Below are positions 48,682 through 57,916 of a DNA stretch of 64,000 nucleotides, piece after piece. Position 1 is the first letter of the stretch; every line of letters starts with the position of its first letter. The DNA is from a virus, in the IMG/VR virus record IMGVR_UViG_3300033146_004128, positions 1-64,000 of that record; one strand, 5' to 3'. The position numbers and the translations under genes are program-made. The notes beneath the pieces are model-generated. The model did not search any database. It was not told the origin of the DNA and was given only the letters and a program-made list of their open reading frames with translations.

Positions 48682-49511
48682 AGACAAGAAAAGGAAAAGG
48701 TTATAATACCTGGGGCTTGACAATGGCATCAAAGGGAGAGGACAACAATCCATACATTCTACTTTGGCTAGGTAAGACAGCATACGAGTATGGATTCAAT
48801 GATTTTTTCATGAAGCCGTATAGGTATGTTTGGCACTACGGAGATACATCACATCTCATGATAGCAAAGAAAGAGATAAGCTTTACAATACACACCGGGA
48901 AGGAAGACGGATTTGTTAGCTGTAGGTATGGTGCAGACAAAGATTTTCTTATGGGAAAAAATGCGAATCACCTGCCTGCATGGCACAAGATGTGCAGTCT
49001 TCCATGGATGCATAATGAGTTTGACGGGCAATGGCTTCTAAATATAGATGGTACAGAGTTCTTAAAGATAAAAGATGGGACTATAGATCTAGATGCTTCA
49101 CCATGGGACTATCCAGGGCACGAAAGGGTTGACTTTGAGTTTGTTGATTCTCATGATAGTGAGATAATCATAGGTACAGCAAGAATGGAAAGACGTGTAT
49201 GGACAAGAGGAACGAGTTGGTGTAGCTGGATGAAGTACTTTTTTGATCCTATAGTACACACAGATATGGCCATTGACTTCAATAAGGAGGTCGGTCCAGA
49301 AAAAGGATCATGGAAGGGAGGAATAGTTGGTATGAGCATCAACCTTAATGATGGTGAGAATGGGCTCGATGCGTGTAAAAGGTTCTGCTTTGAGAAAGGG
49401 TACACCTTCCATGGATTCCTACATCACGGAAAGAATAACGAAATTGTATACAAGAATAAGATAACAAAAGTAGATGACTTTGAAGCAGAAGGGCAGGGAG
49501 CAGTCATATGA
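48678..49511 (+). CDS. conserved phage hypothetical protein
   Basis: LPWMH...EVGPEKGSWKGG motif. Confidence 0.75.
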   Translation: MKTRKGKGYNTWGLTMASKGEDNNPYILLWLGKTAYEYGFNDFFMKPYRYVWHYGDTSHLMIAKKEISFTIHTGKEDGFVSCRYGADKDFLMGKNANHLPAWHKMCSLPWMHNEFDGQWLLNIDGTEFLKIKDGTIDLDASPWDYPGHERVDFEFVDSHDSEIIIGTARMERRVWTRGTSWCSWMKYFFDPIVHTDMAIDFNKEVGPEKGSWKGGIVGMSINLNDGENGLDACKRFCFEKGYTFHGFLHHGKNNEIVYKNKITKVDDFEAEGQGAVI

Positions 49512-50425
49512 GGCACCCAATATATGACGAGGAACTTCCTGAGGTTATGAGAAAAGCAGCCGTGCTTACTTTTGAAGGAAAGCATGACCAGGCACAAAGA
49601 ATGTTGAAGCATGTGATTGACAAATTCGGAGAGGATAGGGGTGAAGAACATGAAATTATTAAACAAAATTCAGAATACTCTCTCACGATGATGATGATGC
49701 AGGCTAGGCTATCAGCTCTAGTTATGATCACAGGATTTGTGTGGATTGATGCTACACGTGATGAGTGGTTCTCACCATTATCTATGAAGGTTATAAGCTC
49801 AATAACACTTGACAATTTTAAGATGCCTTTCAATACAGGAGTAATATCTATTTCAAAGAGGGATTATCTATTTCATAAGGATGAAGAGGGTCTGCTGATA
49901 GTCCTGCTCCAAGACAAGTATCTATCCGGCCTAGCCAAAGAGAATGCACACTTCGATGAGATAATTGATCTTCTTGCAGAAGACCAGTCATTTCCACATG
50001 CTATCTTTAACGATGGAAGTAAAACCATAGGTGAGTTGGTAGACGATGGTGGGCTGTACACTAGCGAGAATTCAGAGGGGCAGAAGCAAGAGTTTTATGC
50101 TGTTATGTCTGCACTAATGTATGTAGCTATGTCAAACTCATCAGTAGAAGAGTTCAAGGATACCGTAAAAAGGAAGAAGGTTCTAGCCAAGAAGAGAAAG
50201 AGCTATCCTAGACACGTTACAAATGTAATAAATGTGAGACAGAGAGTTAGAGTTAGAGATGGTAAAAGCGTAAGCAATGGATCTAAGTCTGAAAAGATGT
50301 GGATAGTTCGTGGGCACTGGAGAAATCAGTATTACTCGAAGACTGACGAGCATAAGCATAAATGGATAGACCCATACTTTAAGGGAGAAGGCAAGGTTGC
50401 AGCAGAAAAAGTATATAGAATATAA
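49508..50425 (+). CDS. conserved phage protein with VRGHWR motif
   Basis: WIVRGHWRNQYY...WIDPYFKG. Confidence 0.75.
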   Translation: MRHPIYDEELPEVMRKAAVLTFEGKHDQAQRMLKHVIDKFGEDRGEEHEIIKQNSEYSLTMMMMQARLSALVMITGFVWIDATRDEWFSPLSMKVISSITLDNFKMPFNTGVISISKRDYLFHKDEEGLLIVLLQDKYLSGLAKENAHFDEIIDLLAEDQSFPHAIFNDGSKTIGELVDDGGLYTSENSEGQKQEFYAVMSALMYVAMSNSSVEEFKDTVKRKKVLAKKRKSYPRHVTNVINVRQRVRVRDGKSVSNGSKSEKMWIVRGHWRNQYYSKTDEHKHKWIDPYFKGEGKVAAEKVYRI

Positions 50426-50436
50426 GGAGGAAACAT

Positions 50437-50988
50437 ATGGATCATAAATTAAAAATGCACAATTTGGAAAGGTTAAAAAGATCAAAGCTTGAGGAGATGA
50501 GGGTTATCCAGGCAGACATATCCAAGATAGAACAGAGTATAAGTTACCATAAAAGGCAATACAAACTTGAGTATGAAAATGCAGACAGGGCACGTGAGTT
50601 ACTCTCTGGGTATAGTAGGGATAATATAAGGGGCATAGTTAAGTTTCTGCTTATATCTTTCAAGGACTCTCCTATGTACTTCAACCTATATAAGGATATA
50701 GAAATTGATGACATGATGGATGACGATGACTTTTTTGATTTTGTAGTAATCAACCTAGGACCTGCTGTGCTTAAAGACCTAAAGAGGAGATTTGTTAAAG
50801 TGGTAATAAAGGATGGTGAGGAACAGATAGAGGCACGCACCGGTGCACCTATGAACGAAAATGGAAAAGTAAGATTGTGGAAAAAACTTACAAAGAAAAA
50901 TGTAGTGGCAGAAGCGAAGAGAAGATATGAAGAGGCTCGAAATGCAAAGAGTATGAGTGGACTAGACGATGAGAATAGATCTGTATGA
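50437..50988 (+). CDS. hypothetical protein
   Basis: AGGAGG RBS, N-terminal coiled coil. Confidence 0.75.
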   Translation: MDHKLKMHNLERLKRSKLEEMRVIQADISKIEQSISYHKRQYKLEYENADRARELLSGYSRDNIRGIVKFLLISFKDSPMYFNLYKDIEIDDMMDDDDFFDFVVINLGPAVLKDLKRRFVKVVIKDGEEQIEARTGAPMNENGKVRLWKKLTKKNVVAEAKRRYEEARNAKSMSGLDDENRSV

Positions 50989-51196
50989 CACTTTTGGTAT
51001 GCACTTTGAGGAGTTTAAGATAAGACTGTTCTTTGTGAATGTAAATGCGTATGATGCAAGTGCCGTTCTTAAGGCTAGAAAGAAGTCTAAGGACGTGTCT
51101 CAACTGCATGTACTGGAAGAGAGAATGGGTGAACTTAGTCGGGAAGAAAGATTGATTGTAAGATCCGCAATAGATAGAACACCACTGAAGGGGTAG
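50969..51196 (+). CDS. hypothetical protein
   Basis: Coupled ORF. Confidence 0.6.
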   Translation: MRIDLYDTFGMHFEEFKIRLFFVNVNAYDASAVLKARKKSKDVSQLHVLEERMGELSREERLIVRSAIDRTPLKG

Positions 51197-51198
51197 TA

Positions 51199-51375
51199 AT
51201 GGCAACAGCAAAAGATATAGAAGAGGTGATTGGGGTTTCAAAAAGAACCATCGAGCTATGGGCAACTAAAGACAACGGTCAGCAAAACAAGGAGTCTAGG
51301 AAAAAGCTGGCACTATTTTTAAAAGGCTTTTCAAGAGAAGAACTGGAAAGGCATATGAAAAAATGTGGTGCATAG
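51199..51375 (+). CDS. small helix-turn-helix protein (58 aa)
   Basis: TAKDIEEVIGVSKRTIELW. Confidence 0.65.
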   Translation: MATAKDIEEVIGVSKRTIELWATKDNGQQNKESRKKLALFLKGFSREELERHMKKCGA

Positions 51376-51491
51376 TAGATGTGAATGGAAACGTAATAGA
51401 CATGTACAACAGAAAGCAGGATGCAGAAGATTTTGCTAGCTGCTGTGTTGATGAGCCATGCTCTATACAATGGGTGGAACAAGGGGATTAG
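51363..51491 (+). CDS. hypothetical protein (42 aa)
   Basis: MWCIVDVNG...; fills the gap, stop abuts the next ATG. Confidence 0.5.
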   Translation: MWCIVDVNGNVIDMYNRKQDAEDFASCCVDEPCSIQWVEQGD

Positions 51492-51659
51492 ATGAGCAAG
51501 AAAGAAGTATTAGGATATGAAATGGTAATGGCTACACTTGAAGCCTTAGGGCATGATGATTTTGAGAAAGCATATGTAACATACAAGGGAAAAAGGCTTC
51601 ACTTAGCAGGACTCAAGCTGGTAATCGAAGATGACAATAAAGAAGAGAAAGGTGACTAA
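51492..51659 (+). CDS. hypothetical protein (55 aa)
   Basis: MSKKEVLGY...; TAATG coupling downstream. Confidence 0.6.
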   Translation: MSKKEVLGYEMVMATLEALGHDDFEKAYVTYKGKRLHLAGLKLVIEDDNKEEKGD

Positions 51660-51675
51660 TGACAAGAGAAGAGAT
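51650..51675 (+). repeat. 26-bp direct repeat, copy 1 (AGGTGACTAATGACAAGAGAAGAGAT)
   Basis: Identical copy at 52413-52438. Confidence 0.9.
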
Positions 51676-52123
51676 AGACAAAAACTTATCAAAAGAAGAT
51701 ATGGAGTACATAGATATGAAAAGTAGTGAAGCAATAGACGCATGTGCGTGGTTTAAGAGCTGTGGAATCTATTCCTACTTTGACGGAAAAGAAGACGTGT
51801 ACGTAGCAATCAACGGTGAAGACATTCAGGTGTCAAGCTCAGAAATCAGCTATAGAGCAGACCTGTATAGAGGGACATCTGTATCTAAACATGACAAAGG
51901 TAGAGAACTTCAGATTGTTGAAGAGATAAAATACTACGATGGGCAAATGACAGGTATTATGAATGCTTTGTATGAAGAATCATATCTTGCAAACATAGAA
52001 AGGGCAGAGCCTTCAGCTATTGATTTGAGAAGAATGAAAATCACAAGAATGCTATCTGTGTATGGTGGTCTATACTGTAAGAGGAATAGCCTACTAAATG
52101 AGCTCAAAGGAGAATTGCAATGA
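51659..52123 (+). CDS. two-module hypothetical protein
   Basis: C-terminal half is paralogous to 53481-53735. Confidence 0.75.
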   Translation: MTREEIDKNLSKEDMEYIDMKSSEAIDACAWFKSCGIYSYFDGKEDVYVAINGEDIQVSSSEISYRADLYRGTSVSKHDKGRELQIVEEIKYYDGQMTGIMNALYEESYLANIERAEPSAIDLRRMKITRMLSVYGGLYCKRNSLLNELKGELQ

Positions 52124-52377
52124 AACATTTACTGTTCACATCTGCTGACTGGTCAATGTCTGGGGTCTCCCAGATATTGCTAGACACACCAAGAAAAGAT
52201 GCAAAAGTTACAAGGGTTGAATATAAAGATATGGGGAAAGAGGATCCGACAATACGTGAGCCAACCAGTAGTCATAACTACATAAGGCTTACAAAAAAAG
52301 ATGTGGAGGTTCTGCTTAGCAACATGGAAGAAAAAGATATACTTGTTATCTACACAGGTGTAAAAAAATACGACTAA
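52120..52377 (+). CDS. hypothetical protein
   Basis: ATGA coupling. Confidence 0.7.
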   Translation: MKHLLFTSADWSMSGVSQILLDTPRKDAKVTRVEYKDMGKEDPTIREPTSSHNYIRLTKKDVEVLLSNMEEKDILVIYTGVKKYD

Positions 52378-52412
52378 CAAAAGGGAAGATAATATGGAAA
52401 ATGAAAAATTAG

Positions 52413-52438
52413 AGGTGACTAATGACAAGAGAAGAGAT
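52413..52438 (+). repeat. 26-bp direct repeat, copy 2
   Basis: Identical to 51650-51675. Confidence 0.9.
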
Positions 52439-52997
52439 TAAGGCTGCACTTCCAGCTATGGTTCATTTTGCTGAGGGTGGAAACCTATGGTGCTATGATG
52501 GATCAAGCTGGCTGAGGCAAACGCATATAGGATTCTCGTCTCTTGACTATGAGATAAAGAATGTGATAGAGGATAGGTTTTTCGAATCAAGAAAAGCTTT
52601 GGCACTTGGTAAAAAAGTTGAAGTTAAGAAGTGTGGTGAGTGGAGGGTATGGAATAGTTATGGCGAGTGCTGGTCAGAAGATGACGAGTATAGACCACAA
52701 GCAGATAAGCCTACATTTTGTGTGGGGGATTGGTGTATTGACCCATTAACCAGAGATCCTAAACAGGTTACTGATATCTTTTTCAATGATGGTATAAACC
52801 TATGGATGTTCTCAACAAACAATAATAGAGATGTGTATGTAATAGATGATTTTAGAGGTAGAAAAAAGCCAGTATACGAGTGGCAATGGTACAAACATCT
52901 ATCTGATAACAAGTATGATTTTACGACAGAACACTTTACTGAATATGACAATTATGGATGGCAGAGATTTGAGCCATCAAGGAGAGAGAAGCTATGA
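52422..52997 (+). CDS. hypothetical protein, paralog of the 52994 N-terminus
   Basis: HFAEGGNLW...VIEDRFFESRKALALG. Confidence 0.75.
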   Translation: MTREEIKAALPAMVHFAEGGNLWCYDGSSWLRQTHIGFSSLDYEIKNVIEDRFFESRKALALGKKVEVKKCGEWRVWNSYGECWSEDDEYRPQADKPTFCVGDWCIDPLTRDPKQVTDIFFNDGINLWMFSTNNNRDVYVIDDFRGRKKPVYEWQWYKHLSDNKYDFTTEHFTEYDNYGWQRFEPSRREKL

Positions 52998-53491
52998 ATA
53001 GAAGAGAGGCGAGAAAAATACAAGAGGCGTTAAACCATTTTGCACATGGTGGAGATCTATGGTGGTGGTGCTACGGAGACAATCGATGGTATATGCAGAC
53101 AGCCATATTGTTTGGCAACTATCCATGCAACATTATAGAGGATGAACATTTTGAGTTCCGGAAGGCACAGGCGCTTGGGGCTGAGATTGAACAGATAAAG
53201 TGGAACACGTGTAACTGGGGAGAGTTTGAGAGTTTCTACGAGGGTGGAAAGTACAGAATTAAAAAGGATAGTAAGATGAGTGAGAAACAAGAGAGAACAT
53301 ACGAGGTTGTATTTGGGTACACGGAATACGGGAAGGCATACGTTAAGGCAACTTCAGAAGAAGAAGCTATCAAAAAGATAGATGACCATTTGGCTGATGA
53401 AGGACTCGATAACCTAGACTACAAGTGTCAAGATAGAGACTATTCTGCAGAGGGGGCAATAGAGATTGAAGGTGCTGAGAATGGCAAGTGA
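52994..53491 (+). CDS. hypothetical protein with C-terminal DpnD/PcfM-like module
   Basis: HFAHGGDLW...IIEDEHFEFRKAQALG plus YEVV...VKATSEEEAIKK. Confidence 0.75.
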   Translation: MNRREARKIQEALNHFAHGGDLWWWCYGDNRWYMQTAILFGNYPCNIIEDEHFEFRKAQALGAEIEQIKWNTCNWGEFESFYEGGKYRIKKDSKMSEKQERTYEVVFGYTEYGKAYVKATSEEEAIKKIDDHLADEGLDNLDYKCQDRDYSAEGAIEIEGAENGK

Positions 53492-53735
53492 CGGCATGAG
53501 CAGGACCACAGAGGCTGAAGACTATTTCGCAAGAGAGGTTGAGTATTACGACGAGCAAATGTCAAATATTTCAGATGCCCTATATAAGGAGTCTTATAAT
53601 GATTGCATACTAAAAGCTGAGTCTGCTGCACTGGATGCAAGAAAGATAGAGATCAATAGAATGCTAGCTGTGTATGGAGACATGTATTGCCGGAGAGCTA
53701 TGGCACTAGATAGATTGAGGGGAGAAAGACAGTGA
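53481..53735 (+). CDS. hypothetical protein, paralog of the 51659 C-terminus
   Basis: YYDEQM...ALY.ESY...RMLAVYG.MYC. Confidence 0.7.
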   Translation: MASDGMSRTTEAEDYFAREVEYYDEQMSNISDALYKESYNDCILKAESAALDARKIEINRMLAVYGDMYCRRAMALDRLRGERQ

Positions 53736-54076
53736 GTGAAATAAAAACAAACGGTGGAAGGGTTGCTAAGTGCGGATGCGGAAGCACCAAGATGAGAGTT
53801 GAGACTATAAACTCATGTGGTCACTGCATGTTCAATGGATATTATCTTGACTCTGAGTATTCAGACAAGCTATGCGTTGCTGATGAGATGTGGAATTACG
53901 ATGAGGATCTCAGAAACAAAGCGAACGACACACTTGGTCTTGACTTGTCACGGCACCAGTCACAAGATGAAGGTGAATGTCAAATGGGAAGCAACTGGGA
54001 TGCAGGGTGTTCTCTGTATATCTGTTCTGACTGTGGAGACATTGTTGACTTTGTAGCATTCGTGGACGGTTGCTAG
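53732..54076 (+). CDS. Cys-rich zinc-binding protein
   Basis: CGC, CGHC, CSDCG. Confidence 0.7.
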   Translation: MSEIKTNGGRVAKCGCGSTKMRVETINSCGHCMFNGYYLDSEYSDKLCVADEMWNYDEDLRNKANDTLGLDLSRHQSQDEGECQMGSNWDAGCSLYICSDCGDIVDFVAFVDGC

Positions 54077-54077
54077 C

Positions 54078-54317
54078 ATGGATACCATCTATAATATAGA
54101 ACATGACATACTCATGAGGGTTGCTGGGTTTAAGCATGTGAATGGAAGGTCTCCACAGTTTTTGGTGCTTAGCAACGATATGCTTCACAAGTTACTTTCG
54201 GATGAGTCTATAAGCGGGGTTGGATCACGTGATATAAATGGAACATTGAAATATATGGGAATGCTTGTTTCACGTTTAGAGTCCCACAATAGTACGAATC
54301 AGATACTAATAGGATAG
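54078..54317 (+). CDS. hypothetical protein
   Basis: Coupled ORF. Confidence 0.65.
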   Translation: MDTIYNIEHDILMRVAGFKHVNGRSPQFLVLSNDMLHKLLSDESISGVGSRDINGTLKYMGMLVSRLESHNSTNQILIG

Positions 54318-54342
54318 TAAATAAAAAATTAAGGAGATAGTG

Positions 54343-54540
54343 ATGGCAAAAATTAAGATAGTGGGTGATATCCATTACTCGAAAACGACACAGATATATT
54401 ACACTAGGGTTAATGGTGTACTATGGAAGTACCCAGTATATCCTGGAGCACAAAGAGGATGGGCGGAGTCAGCATATGGTGGTGACGAAAAGAAATTTAC
54501 AAAGGTATCGATAGATGCGTTCAATAGGGATGTGGCATAA
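54343..54540 (+). CDS. hypothetical protein
   Basis: AAGGAG RBS. Confidence 0.7.
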   Translation: MAKIKIVGDIHYSKTTQIYYTRVNGVLWKYPVYPGAQRGWAESAYGGDEKKFTKVSIDAFNRDVA

Positions 54541-54941
54541 TGGAAGGAAGTAATAAAGATGAGAGAATAGATAGCCTCAAGGCAGGAGATCGCATAAAAT
54601 ATGGAATTCCAGATATAGCTCTTGCAGAATATGAAGTTATTGGACACACGTCTTCTGGGCATGTGCTATGTTGGCTCCCAGATAGAAGGGACTCATATAA
54701 GTGTGCTCGTGAGTTTATATATCTCATGGACGAAGAGGAGAGCTTTAGAGGAGAATACTGTATAAACGATAGGGTTTTATGTTCAGAAATGAAAGCGGAT
54801 CTTATTGAATCATATGGGTATAGCGATATTGATGCGGAGCTATGGATAGATGAGAATAAAACAGAGGTGTTAGACGCTATGTGGGCAGCATACTCGACCT
54901 ATACGAGAGAGAATTGTACAGACAAAGGTAGTGACGTATGA
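54540..54941 (+). CDS. hypothetical protein
   Basis: TAATG coupling. Confidence 0.75.
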   Translation: MEGSNKDERIDSLKAGDRIKYGIPDIALAEYEVIGHTSSGHVLCWLPDRRDSYKCAREFIYLMDEEESFRGEYCINDRVLCSEMKADLIESYGYSDIDAELWIDENKTEVLDAMWAAYSTYTRENCTDKGSDV

Positions 54942-55147
54942 ACAGAAATGAAGCTTTTATGGTCGAATTTGATGAGGCCATGATGACAGATGATGAGCCT
55001 GGGCACAAGAAGGCAAGAAGGATAATCTCAATGTATGATAATTCTTCTGCTGAGATACAGGATATTATTGATGATGTTTTTATAACACTGTGCGGATACT
55101 CAGTAAAAACACTCAAGGATATGGCAGACAAGGGAGGTAATCTATGA
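54938..55147 (+). CDS. hypothetical protein
   Basis: ATGA coupling. Confidence 0.7.
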   Translation: MNRNEAFMVEFDEAMMTDDEPGHKKARRIISMYDNSSAEIQDIIDDVFITLCGYSVKTLKDMADKGGNL

Positions 55148-55458
55148 AAGTTGGGGAAGCTATAAAGAAGTTGTCCGCAATGGATGAAGACGCAGAACTA
55201 AGGGTTGCTGACTTCTCTCCTGTTGAGTTCGTATCAATGATTAATGGGAGCGTATGTCTCGGTAGCTTTGGTGACGATGAGATATCAGGAACAGAGTATT
55301 GTGTCACAATAAACGAGAGGTTGTCTACCAGGATAGTATTGGTAGCAGAGAGTGAAGAAGAAGCCTTGGATAGGGTAAAAGGAGCATATGAGACAAGAGA
55401 GATATCTTTAACTCTTGACGATTGGGCAGATACAAAATTTGAAGTAGAGGAGAATTAG
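55144..55458 (+). CDS. protein with C-terminal DpnD/PcfM-like module
   Basis: YCVTINERLSTRIVLVAESEEEALDRV. Confidence 0.7.
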   Translation: MKVGEAIKKLSAMDEDAELRVADFSPVEFVSMINGSVCLGSFGDDEISGTEYCVTINERLSTRIVLVAESEEEALDRVKGAYETREISLTLDDWADTKFEVEEN

Positions 55459-55459
55459 T

Positions 55460-56242
55460 ATGGGGTATAGAATAGAGTTCAGAGGTGACATAACATACTC
55501 TGGTAGCGATGAAGACATGAAGATTGTTGCAGACATTATGGATGGCCTTTCAGCTACAAGAAGAGTCAAGAGAGACATGAGTAAGCATACCGGAGAGCTA
55601 AGCCTACCTATGGAAGACTACGGGATAGAAGGAGAGTTCTATTTTGGTAGAGACGACAGCAGTGTAGTAGATAGCAACAGCCCTCCAAGTTCACAACCGT
55701 CTCTGTATTGTGGATGGGAGTATGATACGCCAGGAGTTCTTGTATGGAATTATGATGAGCAAGCAAGCTCTCCGGACGGATGGATCAGATATATTGTGGA
55801 GAAGATCATATCTGCTAACAACTGTGTATGTAATTGCGAGATAGAGTATAGAGGTGATGACTGGGACGACTATGGTACAATCGTAGTCAAGAACAATGTT
55901 GTAGATCTGTATGAGATGAATTGTATTGCACCAGTGTCTGATGCAAATATTGTCGATGCAAAAATACGATACTATAATCCATCACAATTTGACAATGTTA
56001 ATACTGTCAGCGATTGGTCTGATATGAGTTCAGATGACATGGCGAATAATTATTGGCTATTGTTCTACGATACGCTAAATGATATTGTTGCCGATGGTGT
56101 AACAGAAGTAGTTAATCAGCATGATTTAGATATAATCACAGACCTTGTGTCCGAGGTTATAGGCAATGAGAATGATAAGGATGGTACTCCAGTGTACCCG
56201 GATATGTTCATATTTAGTTTTAATGTGGCAGTAGATAAATAA
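55460..56242 (+). CDS. conserved phage hypothetical protein
   Basis: MGY..EF.G...RRVKR...PPSSQPSLYCGW...RGDDWDDYGTIVV family. Confidence 0.75.
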   Translation: MGYRIEFRGDITYSGSDEDMKIVADIMDGLSATRRVKRDMSKHTGELSLPMEDYGIEGEFYFGRDDSSVVDSNSPPSSQPSLYCGWEYDTPGVLVWNYDEQASSPDGWIRYIVEKIISANNCVCNCEIEYRGDDWDDYGTIVVKNNVVDLYEMNCIAPVSDANIVDAKIRYYNPSQFDNVNTVSDWSDMSSDDMANNYWLLFYDTLNDIVADGVTEVVNQHDLDIITDLVSEVIGNENDKDGTPVYPDMFIFSFNVAVDK

Positions 56243-56263
56243 AAATAAAAAAAGGTGGTCAAA

Positions 56264-57343
56264 ATGAATAAAATGTCAGCGGTAGGAATGCTAGTTAGTG
56301 GTGAGTGTGATTCTATTTTACATGGAAGCTCAGAGTTTATTCTTCAGGGTGAAGATGTCGTCAATAAAAGAAGTAAGAAAGCACTTGATATGAAGAAGAT
56401 GCTTGAAGAGGGATGGGACACAAAGATGCTCCCAAGATGGGACGATGCAATGCAAGATGGTGCTGAACGGCCTACACTTTGTGTACTTGAGAATGATGGA
56501 TCGCTCATCATTATACTTAGCAAGACAGAAGATGGAGAATATATCACTTCGTACGGAGAGATCTATGATAGAGATACTTATGGTCAACTTAGACCTGCGA
56601 CAAGAGATGAAGCGTTAGCACTTCTTGCTGATGTGAAAGATGCTGCTCCATCAAAGCCTAAGCCTAAAACAAAGCCGAAGAGTGAGCCGAAGATAAAAGA
56701 GGAAGTACCAAGAGAAGAAGAGCCGGCAGTTATCACTGGGGAGACAGACATTAGCGAAACAGGCGAGACTTTTGCAGAGATGCCACAAGAGGAACTTATT
56801 GATCTTTGTGGTGTTCCAGAGGAAGAGAATCCTTTTGTTGAAGATCAAGAATATGATGATAGTTGCATTACAGGAGCCACAGAGGGTAGTGATGTCCCAA
56901 AGCCTCAAGAGGAATGTCAGCCTCAGAGATCGACGAATACTACAAAGCCAAAGGACGGGGGTGAGCCAACGCTCAAGGATCAGTATGTATCTCTGGGTCT
57001 AGATAAAGATCTATGGCCTGACTTCTGTAGCTATTGTTTCACGAACGATGTTGACAATGTGGCACTGATGGAGCGAGGAATGAAATATGCATCGTCATGT
57101 GTTATCGATTTTATGGCAGATAGATCAAAGGGTTCTAGACGTGACAGCACAAAACATGAGTCCGATGACACTATCATTGATAAGCTTGAGGTGCTAGTTG
57201 ACTTTGGTCTTGAGAGCAATGACGCTATTGACTTCTATGAGTATCACAAGCTAGATAAGTTCAGGTTGGCTACACTTATCAGTGATGCTACGGATGGAAG
57301 ACTTACAGAGCTGGTTACGCAATTTTATGATGAAAGGAAATAA
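56264..57343 (+). CDS. hypothetical protein with acidic/Pro-rich linker
   Basis: About 360-aa ORF; start GTG56255 or ATG56264. Confidence 0.8.
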   Translation: MNKMSAVGMLVSGECDSILHGSSEFILQGEDVVNKRSKKALDMKKMLEEGWDTKMLPRWDDAMQDGAERPTLCVLENDGSLIIILSKTEDGEYITSYGEIYDRDTYGQLRPATRDEALALLADVKDAAPSKPKPKTKPKSEPKIKEEVPREEEPAVITGETDISETGETFAEMPQEELIDLCGVPEEENPFVEDQEYDDSCITGATEGSDVPKPQEECQPQRSTNTTKPKDGGEPTLKDQYVSLGLDKDLWPDFCSYCFTNDVDNVALMERGMKYASSCVIDFMADRSKGSRRDSTKHESDDTIIDKLEVLVDFGLESNDAIDFYEYHKLDKFRLATLISDATDGRLTELVTQFYDERK

Positions 57344-57344
57344 G

Positions 57345-57653
57345 ATGGAAGATACAGATAGATTAGTAATATGGTGGGGTCCGGACTTGGACAAGGAAGA
57401 TGTTTTTGTTATGCCTGTTGCAACAGTAGAAGAGGGGGTTAAGACCCTTGGACTTCTTACTGCATACGATGAGTTCCTTACGAACCAAAAGTTCAAGGAA
57501 GAGGCTGTTAGTAATGGAGCCCTTGCATTTCTAACAGAGAAGGGTGAACTTAATCAGTGGTCATACACAAGTATAGCTGATGGAGGAGTAAAATATGATG
57601 ATCCAATGGAGTATCTAAAAGCTAAATATACGAAGACAGAGATTATAACATGA
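57345..57653 (+). CDS. hypothetical protein
   Basis: AAGGA RBS before ATG57345. Confidence 0.7.
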   Translation: MEDTDRLVIWWGPDLDKEDVFVMPVATVEEGVKTLGLLTAYDEFLTNQKFKEEAVSNGALAFLTEKGELNQWSYTSIADGGVKYDDPMEYLKAKYTKTEIIT

Positions 57654-57862
57654 CCAAAGTAACAATGAGCGTATATGCAATGGCTGTAGAGTTTGATGAT
57701 GGTGAGATGATGAACCCACGACCAGTGTTCCTTAGACCTGAGCATGCTGAAGAGTTTGCTAAACTTATGGAAAAATCTCCAAATGTTAAGTCATGCGACT
57801 CATGGCTAGCTACAATATCGGTAGATGAAGAGGATGTTCCCAAGTACACAAGAGCTACGTAA
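57650..57862 (+). CDS. hypothetical protein
   Basis: ATGA coupling; last gene of the + block. Confidence 0.7.
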   Translation: MTKVTMSVYAMAVEFDDGEMMNPRPVFLRPEHAEEFAKLMEKSPNVKSCDSWLATISVDEEDVPKYTRAT

Positions 57863-57868
57863 TAATTC

Positions 57869-57907
57869 CCCACTCGAAAGAGTGGGCGCAGTAGTCTGAT
57901 TTTTTTT
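57869..57907 (+). terminator. intrinsic terminator between convergent blocks
   Basis: CCCACTC-GAAA-GAGTGGG followed, after 13 nt, by T8. Confidence 0.7.
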
Positions 57908-57916
57908 AGATTACGT

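Noticed and set aside
276-57873. Many - strand and alternative-frame ORFs in the track (e.g. 8820-9479, 25233-25838, 36708-37283, 47220-47876)
   Set aside because: They are shadows of real + strand genes: no RBS, Ser/Phe/Ile-rich composition, and full overlap with motif-bearing CDSs
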